Source: the human T2T-CHM13v2.0 reference genome, Homo sapiens
Length of the DNA stretch: 64,000 nucleotides
Reading direction: 5' to 3' (one strand)
NCBI RefSeq assembly: GCF_009914755.1
Contig: NC_060942.1
The translations under genes were made by a program, and so were the position numbers. The notes below the pieces were generated by a model. The model ran no database searches. It was not told the origin of the DNA and saw nothing but the letters and a program-made list of their open reading frames with translations. This document shows positions 51,748 to 64,000 of the stretch, one piece after another. Each line of letters begins with the position of its first letter. Within the stretch, counting starts at the first letter, position 1.

Positions 51748-52254
51748 TGGGGTTGTCCCTTGCCTTGCGTCGGAGAATTTGACTGGTACACAGTTCCTTA
51801 TGATGATTTCAACTTTTCCTAACTGAGAAGAGTGACTCCCTGTGCCTATACACAATGTGGTTTTACACTGAACACCTGCTTTCCTTCTGGGAGTCTGAAC
51901 TGGTTACATGTTAGGCAGAGGGTGCTTATGTGACCAGCTCCCCATAAAAACCTTGGGCTTTTCTAATGAGAACCTTGACTTATCTAATGGGCATCCCTGG
52001 GCAGAATCAGCAGATGCTTGTTGCTGAAGAAAGAAGCATGCTCTTGGGTGTCCCCTCGCAGGAGGGAGAAAGCATGAGGAAGCCTGCACATTGGTTTCTC
52101 AAGACTCCACCATGGCTTTTTCTCTTACAGTCTGGCTGTATATCATTACTATGTTGCTGGAAGGAATCTTAGCCATGATTCAAACTAAATGATCCCCATG
52201 AGTTCTTCTAGAGAAACTCCAAGTATTAGGGTAGTCTTAGGGACCCACAACACA
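51748..52254 (+). mobile_element. ERVL LTR (MER68-like)
   Basis: CTGAACACCTGCTTTCCTTCTGGGAGTCTG...AGGCAGAGGGTGCTTATGTGACCAGCTCCCCATAAAAACCTTGG...GGGACCCACAACACA. Confidence 0.72.
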
Positions 52255-52303
52255 CTATATGGTTTCTTTATATTTTAATGCTAACTTGGTTAGGCTAGCC
52301 CAC

Positions 52304-52450
52304 TAGTTCCCAACCTTGGCTATAATTAGAATTACCCAGGAAATTACACACACACATTACTCCAACTGCCTGTACTCAGTCTCAGACCAATTACATCAGG
52401 ATTTCTGCTGTGTAAGACCCAGCAATTGGTATTTTTTAGTTCTGACATCT
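52304..52450. mobile_element. MER5-type MITE fragment
   Basis: CCCAACCTTGGCTATAATTAGAATTACCCAGG...AGACCAATTACATCAG. Confidence 0.55.
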
Positions 52451-52454
52451 CTAT

Positions 52455-54540
<2,086 letters not shown>

Positions 54541-54894
54541 TCATCTGCAGTCATGCTGGGTGTGAGCTTTGTGGAAACTTGAGTTTGAGTCAGTTTACCA
54601 CCAGTTTCCAGTGTTTTAGGTCAGAATCAGACCTTGTTCTTCTTCAGGGCCAGGGATACAAGCACTGGTGAGATCCTGGAAAGCTCTTTTCCTTGACAGC
54701 TGAACTGGCCAGCTTTCTGGTTAGTTGGGAGACTTTTCTTCACTTTCCATCCCAGCTGCCAGCTGCTCTGGAATCTTGGGGAGGTTGTGCTCTCCAGCCC
54801 TGCTCAGCACTGCCTTCTATTCTGTGGAGGCCCCTTGGCTTCCTGCCTTCCTATCTCTTTTGGAGGGCAACTGCCTTGCCCCTGGGGGAGACAC

Positions 54895-55050
54895 TTCAAG
54901 CCTTCATGGGGCAGCCCTGTGGACACCTTGATTTTAGTGAGACTGTGTCAGACTTCTGACCTGCAGACTGTTAGATGATACATTTATCTTGTTCTGAGCC
55001 AATAAGTCTGTGGTCTTTTATCACTGCAGAAACAGGAAATGGATGTACTC
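54895..55050 (+). mobile_element. MLT1 LTR 3' fragment
   Basis: CAGCCCTGTGGACACCTTGATTTTAG...AGACTTCTGACCTGCAGACTG...AGGAAAT. Confidence 0.7.
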
Positions 55051-55189
55051 CCCCTAAACATTCAGTAAAGACCTGGGGGAAAGAGTTGCAGGTGGGAAAA
55101 GTTGCTTTGTGCCTAGGCCTATGGAATTCTGACTGTGTGAAGCAGACTACCTCTGGGTATTAAAAGCTCATTAAGAGTTGGGCTGGTGG

Positions 55190-55512
55190 TGTTGGGATGA
55201 ATTGTGTCCTCACAAAATTAATATGTTGAATCCCTAATCCCAGCATCTCAGAGATTAACTCTATTTAAAGATAAGATCTTTACAGAGGTAATTATGGTAG
55301 ACAGGACCATATCCAATAAGACTGGTGTCCTTCTAAGAACAGGGCATTAAGGCACAGACACAGAGGGAAGACCTTGTGGAGGCTTGGAGGAAGACAGCCA
55401 TCTACTATCCAAAGACAGAGACATCAGGATGTAACCAACCCTACAACACCTTGATCTGGGACTTCCACCCAGCCTGTGGTGCTGGTCATGCCAGCCTGAG
55501 CAGACTGTCACA
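55190..55512 (+). mobile_element. MLT1A/B-like LTR
   Basis: TGAATTGTGTCCTCACAAAATTAATATGTTGAA...GACTGGTGTCCTTCTAAGA...ACACCTTGATCTGGGACTTCC. Confidence 0.8.
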
Positions 55513-55873
55513 GCCGGCTTTTCCTGACTCCCCTTTACAGAGGGCTCCTACCCTTCCTGCCACTCCACAGGTAAGAAAGAAGTCATGGGTCTCTCATCTC
55601 CCGGCAAGGGCTCGTCACTTTCTGAAATTCAACTAATTTAAGCTTCTTTGCATTATTAGCTCTCTATTAGTTTAAAAAAACAAAAATCACAATTATTCAG
55701 CTTATTTTGGTGGAAGTCTCCAAGCACTAGTGTTTCTAAAAAGTGTTCTTCCACAGCCAAAATGAAAATCCCCTTGGCTAAGATGTCCTAGTTTACAGGC
55801 TTGGCATATTTTATAAAAAAATTGAGGTACCAAACAACCTTCAGAAGAACATCAAGTCACAGTCTCCCATCCC

Positions 55874-55876
<3 letters not shown>

Positions 55877-55916
<40 letters not shown>
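55877..55916. repeat. (AC)20 microsatellite
   Basis: Direct reading. Confidence 0.97.
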
Positions 55917-55918
<2 letters not shown>

Positions 55919-57404
55919 CTTTCACCTCATAGTCTTGAGACAAATGCTCTTTGACCTGTGGAATAGGTCATTTTGACCCTGTTTTTGGCCACCAGTGAAC
56001 ATACAAGTTTGTGTTGGTTTTTTACCCCCCAATAATGACCTTCCTTCCTTCCTTCCTTCTTTTCTTTCCTTCTTCACTAGTGTGACCCAACAGACATGTA
56101 ATAGAATGCCAAACTACACTGTAGGGCATAAGCTTCTGGAAAGTAGTGGCAGTTATGTGACAAGAAAGATTGCCAGCCCAAATCTCAAACCTTTATGGAA
56201 GTTCCTAATGATGGTACACCATGTAGTGGTATTTGAACAGTTTTCCTGGACTAATAGCTAATAATTCTTACATTTCTATTTCATATTACCTTTATAAGTA
56301 TCAAGACATTCAAAATATTTTTATGCCATCTGCTACCTCTTTTGTGCTAAGCTTTTTAAAAAATTTATCTAACACTTAACAATTGACTTTCTTTTTATAG
56401 GTATTCAGTGCATTAAATTTTTTCTTTAGAAATATCTTTGAGATATTTTTAGATACTTCTCCTAGGGCCTTTCACCCTCCAAAGATAGAAGACAATTTTC
56501 TCATAATTCTATAATGCAGTGAATTTTATAGATGTATGTATACATGTTTAATAATTAAATTGCTGCTCAGTTTCTCACTGTTTAAGGGAGAGGGCTGACC
56601 ATGTTCAGAAGCCTAGAATCCTCACTCTGTCAATGATTATAGTTACCAGTAAGACTAACAGACTCAGTTCCCACATTGAGTGAGTGGCAAAGAGCAAAGT
56701 ATTCAGGCATTGAAGAGATATTGAGATCACTGAGCTAGAGATCACTTAAAGTACGTTGTTCTGTACAAACGCCTGTGGTCAGATCAATCTTCAGAGACCG
56801 AGTTCTTAGCTTTGCATGTCCTGTGCTGCTTCTCATTCTTGAGGCATTTTCTGAACTGTCACAGACTTACCAGACCCCCAAAGCATGCAAAGGTGTCATT
56901 TACAGTGAGCCCTATAACTTCCAGGTGGACCACAACATCAATGTGTGTATGCCAGGACATATTGTCCCAGTGGGAAGTCTACAAGGGAAGTCAAATGATT
57001 CTCAGAAGGTGGTTTTGGCAAGCAGGAATCAGAGCAGCAGCATATCTTAGCAATCCAGCAATTCAGCTGTGATAGTCCAGTGTGGCAGCTTCCACCATCT
57101 ACCCACCACAGGGATCAGAAATGGTACAGCTGCTTGTTAAGACCCTCGTCACTGTTGGAAAGAAACTGAAATCCTTGCTGTTTCACCTCCTTCTCCTTCT
57201 TAAATTGTTTTAAATATCCCAAGATGACTTTCGATGTCCTGTTGGTTGTATGCTAGGATATAATATATTGGTCCTACATTTCTCTATAAAATTTCAGTTA
57301 CTTTACCTAAGAGTTTGCCAATCTCTTCTACCAAGCACTCAAAATGTCTTGGGTTACTTCTAAGAAGGCTAACCACTTTTTTTAGGTGTTAATTTCCCTA
57401 GTTC

Positions 57405-57431
57405 TACTTCAATAGGTTACCTATTGAAGTA
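57405..57431. repeat. 27-bp palindrome (13-bp perfect arms, 1-nt centre)
   Basis: TACTTCAATAGGT-T-ACCTATTGAAGTA. Confidence 0.93.
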
Positions 57432-57504
57432 TTTGGAGTAAAAGAGACTATCACAGTCACCTGGTGGCCTCCATAAAAATATTTATTATGTAATTAAATA
57501 AAGT

Positions 57505-57675
57505 ACTAGTGGCTAAGAACTATTGAGCCTTTACTACTACATGCCAGATACAGAACTATACGTTTCATATCTAGTATCTCATTTAACCCTCATAACAAAC
57601 CTAGGAGGCACAGGAACTATTATTATCCTCCATTTTATAGATGCAGAAACAGGTAAGCAAAGTCAGGTCACCCAT
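57505..57675 (-). mobile_element. MIR
   Basis: CTCATTTAACCCTCATAACAAACCTAGGAGG...ATTATCCTCCATTTTATAGATGCAGAAAC. Confidence 0.78.
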
Positions 57676-58644
57676 TGTTTTAACTGCTCTAAGATATTGT
57701 CTCCACCAACCATAATGGGCATGATTGATTCCATTAGCCCTAAACTACAAAGTCAGACACTAGTTTAAGTGGTAGATATGATACAGTATGAATGATTGTT
57801 TAAAATGTAATTCCTTTATAAGGCAAGGATTTGGGTTGGACCTAACACTTCTATTTCAGAACTAACCATGTTATATCAAATTTGTATCGCATGAGATTTT
57901 ATATTTCAAGGGCATGATTTAGCTCATGGTACATCCAACTGCATGAAGTAAGGAAACTTGCTATAATAGAATGCCATGGTATGTATTAACATGTCCATCG
58001 GAAAAGCTTCCTCAGAACTACAAATGTATGACTCCCATGCTTAATGGGGATCAGGCTGAACACTGTAACAAGCTGCCAGATAATCTGGTGCATACTTGGA
58101 GCATAGGGACTCTGCTTCCAGGAAATGCATAAAACTCAAGTATAGACAGGTCATCGATGAGGGTGTGTTCGGAAGGCTTGTGGCCAAGAACCATGACATT
58201 AACATAACCCATTAGAGACTTTTCCTTCTTTTATCACTCAGATTGTATGCATCAGATCAGTGGTTTTAAAAGCAGTTTGCCACTAACAGCAATACATCAC
58301 AAGTTTTCACAGGTTTCTGATTTCTTATAAAATAAAAAATAACGTCATTGGAAACATCTCTGTTAGAATATTTGACTAATGAGTCCTGTGTTCGGGCCTC
58401 ACGTTTTGCTGGGAAGATGTCCACAGTCTGTGGTCATGAGCTACATCCTAGCTCTTCATTTCTGGAATAAATATTTTTATATTCCTCTCTCCTTTGAAAT
58501 TCTGTATTTTTGTGTCATGTTTTAATTCCTTTGACATTGCTCTTACAGTGTGGTCATTTGAAAGCTAAACAAAACCACCTGGACTTCTGGATAATCGCTC
58601 ATATTTTAGTATTTTTCTTTCATTAATGTTCATATATAATGATT

Positions 58645-58866
58645 TTGTTTCTCAGTTGGAGGGGTAACTTTTATCTCCCAAGGGATATCTGGCAATGTCT
58701 GGGGACATTCTTGGTTGTCACAACCTGGGCGACAGGGATACTAGCAGGAGCCAGTAGATAGAAGCCAGGGTTGTTGCTAAACATCCCACGGTGACTAGAA
58801 GGACCCACGCAACCAATAACTGTCTGGCCCAAAATGTCAGTAGTGTCAAGGTTGAGAAATTTCAGC
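58645..58866. mobile_element. MER20 hAT MITE
   Basis: TGGCAATGTCTGGGGACATTCTTGGTTGTCACAAC...TGCTAAACATCC...GGCCCAAAATGTCAGTAGTGTCAAGGTTGAGAAA. Confidence 0.88.
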
Positions 58867-60321
58867 TTAAGGAAAGCACTTCTGAAAACATTAAGATTTA
58901 CTTATGCTTAATTTTAGTCTGTTGACATGAAGATTTTCATCACGTTTTAATATTCTTATTAATTAAATGGTGCTTGTCTACTTTCTAATTAGCATTAAAT
59001 GACTTTTCCTATATTCCAGGGCTATAGAAAGATTTTTTAAAGATCTATATGAAGAATAAGAAGTTAGTCCCTTTCGGACAAAAATCTTCAGTAAAATTGA
59101 TCTGTGCCCCAGGCACACAAAGAAGCAGGAATCTGGGTATTCTCACTGTCAATATTCCATATGTCTAGCCCCTGGAAACCTAAAACAAGACCAGAGAATA
59201 CCAAGGAAGGCAGATTATTTGGAAGACATGGATGCCAAAGTGCTTCTCAATCCAGTCTCAGAAGCCAGAGATGTCAGTGGGTGCTGCTGTTTTATTTCCT
59301 GTGAATCGGAGGACGATGAGAAACCAAATGAAAATATTGCCACAGTTAAGATTGAAAAGAAGGCAATTTATGAGTGAGGTGTGGATTTCAAATGAGATCT
59401 TCTCTGTTGACAGAGAGCCTTTGCTCTAAGCCAATACCTGAGCTTCTGCCAGTTTGAACAATTATAATGGAGGAAGGAGATGAGGGATTAGAAAAAACAA
59501 AGCTGACAGATGGCAATTTGTGAAGAGTTGAATCAACATAAATTATATCTCATCAGTGAGCAGAGGAAAGAGAGGATGTTTTCCAGTGTTCGGCTAACCA
59601 CTGAGATGGTGAACATGCCAGAGGCACAGCAAGCAAACCACTGGGCACCCTCCAGATCTGGATGCAAGCACAGAGCTGGAGAAATACCCTTTATTGGAAA
59701 GCCATATGGATTGCAAATTGTGGATAGACATCTATTTGAAACAATACAATAAATGAACATCTGGGATTTTGGTAGGTGTCAGTCATAGACTACAGAAAAC
59801 CAGAACAAAATTGCTCATAACTAAATATGATAATGCAGAAAGTATCCAAGACTCGCCAGTTCAAAACCCACATTTTTAATAGTGTATATGGTTAAGTGTA
59901 AATGTTTTTTTCTGAGGTTAGAAACAGTTCACTGAAATCATATAAAATGTTCAAGTTATCAATTTTTTTCTGTAGCCTTAAATTTTCATTCTTTGAAATT
60001 AAGTAATTAAACATTAATGTTAACTTTCCAAACTTTTGTAACTATCAAGGGAAATAGAAAAGTCAGCTTGTCAGACTCAATACATTGTAATAACATATAA
60101 TATAAAATAACATAGATATGGATACACATAAAAAATTACTTTAAGTCATGATAATTATAACTTTGGGGATTAAGTAAAAAAGATCTCCAAATTCAAATAT
60201 AACAAATATTAGGTTCATGTGAAATAAAAATCTTTTAGCAAGATTTCTGCGTGAAAATTTTTCATTGTATGAAAACCCTGAGTTTCTCTAGTGAACAAAC
60301 TAGAACCCAGTCAGAATAACT

Positions 60322-60340
60322 AGACCAGCAGATGGCACTA
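60322..60340 (+). promoter_or_regulatory. Strong CTCF motif
   Basis: AGACCAGCAGATGGCACTA fits the CTCF core CCASYAGRKGGCRS at all positions; lies in unique sequence. Confidence 0.6.
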
Positions 60341-61849
60341 AAAGGAAAACTAACAGTCTCAGATTTTCCTAGGGCTTAAAATTATAGAACGGGAAGATTC
60401 CAAAGTGAATATAAAATAGATTGAAATCTATATTTCTGATTATATATGTAAAGGCAAAGAAATAGATTTTGGGAAAAGCAATATAAGGCTTATGTCTACT
60501 TTTTTTTTCATTTTGAATGATCGGCTGTGGTACAAATAAGTTTTACACATCCTAAAGATTGTTTCTAGTCAACAAATATATTGTCTCAAGTTATCATTAA
60601 AATGATTATGTAGAGATATTATTATAACAGTTGTTCTACTGGGAAAAGCAGCAGGTGGTTAACGCTTGTAAGAAACGAACAGCATCTCAGTGGGTGGCCT
60701 ATTGCAAGGGGCAGTTTGGGGTTCATAAAGATTTTTGTGACCCTCCTGCTTGCCCCTACCATTTGAGGATTTTGTGTAGGACAAACACTTGTAAAGGCAG
60801 AAAACAGTATTTAACATTTAATGAAGTCATCCTCCACTGACGCTTTACAGCAGATGTGCTTGACTTAGTAGAATGTTGGAAAGAAAATATAGAGACAAAC
60901 ACATTAAAAATTATCAGACATCCTCGTAGCCTCTCCCTGCAGGTGTCTCTGAAGGGTAATTACCTTCTGCACAAGATGGAAATAAAATGGGGAAAATGTT
61001 TTGGTACAAAAGTACAAGAAGTGATTTAACGATGGGCGGGAGTCATAAGCTCCAGATGCATTATTTTTCTTTCTGTTACTTCCAGTTTTTCCTTTTTTTC
61101 AAGATGAGTTCTACATTATATGCAGAACTTACAGAGGAACAATAAGACAGTCTTTAATAATTCATATCTGAGATGAGTGAAAATAGAAGGGTGCATCTTA
61201 TTATGAAGACCTCAACTAGATTAGTTATTCCAGCACACAGGATACACTACAAAACCATCTTTATTCCCACCGAAAAGGCACATTCTTTTATTTTCTGTCT
61301 TGTAAATTTCTGATGTTGGAGGGCCTAAGATTCTCGGACAAGCACCCATTCGATTCTTAATGGTTTGCTTCCCTTTGGGGTTTAAACTTAAGATCTAGAT
61401 GTAGTTTTGCCAGCCAGCAAGAGGAGAAAAGGGAGAGAAGGAGACAATAAGAAAATGAACTTGGGGATCCAAAAGGTCACTTTTTCCGTCATGCTAGATG
61501 CATATTTTGATGTGAACTGGCAGAAAGACTTGCCGCAGGAAGCCGTGTTATCAGTGGCATCAGTACCGCCTTGTTGAACAACTGAACAGTGTATGCTGCT
61601 TCCTCCAGACCAAATTCTGTCATTTGAATCTGAAATGGCAGCTGTGTCAAAACAAATTTACATTATGAAGACCTAATTCCAATTTCGAAAATGCTGATTC
61701 AAAAATCTGTGTAACTCAGCAACAATCAATTATGTTTGTCAACCTCTTTGAATAACTGTTTATTAATTTCTCAGCACTCCAAGACTGGATCCCACATGGC
61801 CCCGTGGTATAAAAGCTGTATTTTCTGAATCAATAATAACTGTCATTTA

Positions 61850-63729
<1,880 letters not shown>

Positions 63730-64000
63730 TAAGATTAATAAATCCATAGATCCCCAAAGTTAAGTGAAAGCAGGAATCCAGAAAGACATGGATACACCAA
63801 AGCCAGATTTCACCCTGAGGGTTTCTGCTGGACCTGGAGAGCTTAGGCAGCACATCGCCCCCACCCTTTGGCCACCACACAGGAGGTAATCATAAGATCC
63901 CAGGGTCTGCTCAAGGTGGAAAAATTTAATAGAAGCAGTCTGCATAAATTTGTGATCTCACAGAGCTACATCCTTAGCTTCAAGGTTAGTGAGAGGCCCA

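Overview
Primate, most likely human, AT-rich non-coding genomic DNA. No credible protein-coding gene is present: the supplied ORFs are short and largely fall in Alu, L1, MaLR or microsatellite sequence. Bases 48820-48843 match my recollection of mature hsa-miR-3976, which would place the window in the MIR3976/MIR3976HG region of chr18p11.31. That placement is from memory and unverified. Much of the window is transposon-derived. It includes a nested stack of insertions inside an old L1M (7.7-19.6 kb), a full-length MSTA MaLR provirus, several solo LTRs with intact target-site duplications (TSDs), hAT MITEs, Alus and MIR/L2 relics. The most notable sequence-level observations are: (1) an L1PA insertion carrying a ~185 bp 3' transduction with its own AATAAA, second poly(A) and TSD; (2) a 45-bp-arm near-perfect hairpin beside an inverted FLAM at an L1 5' junction; (3) a twin-primed (5'-inverted) old L1MA; (4) a TATA box/GC box/splice-donor layout around miR-3976 that looks more like a first exon than a pre-miRNA; (5) candidate CTCF, DUX4, TCF/LEF and GGAA-microsatellite regulatory sites. 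I found no evidence for a new multi-gene system. Repeat subfamily names were called by eye and need RepeatMasker/Dfam confirmation.
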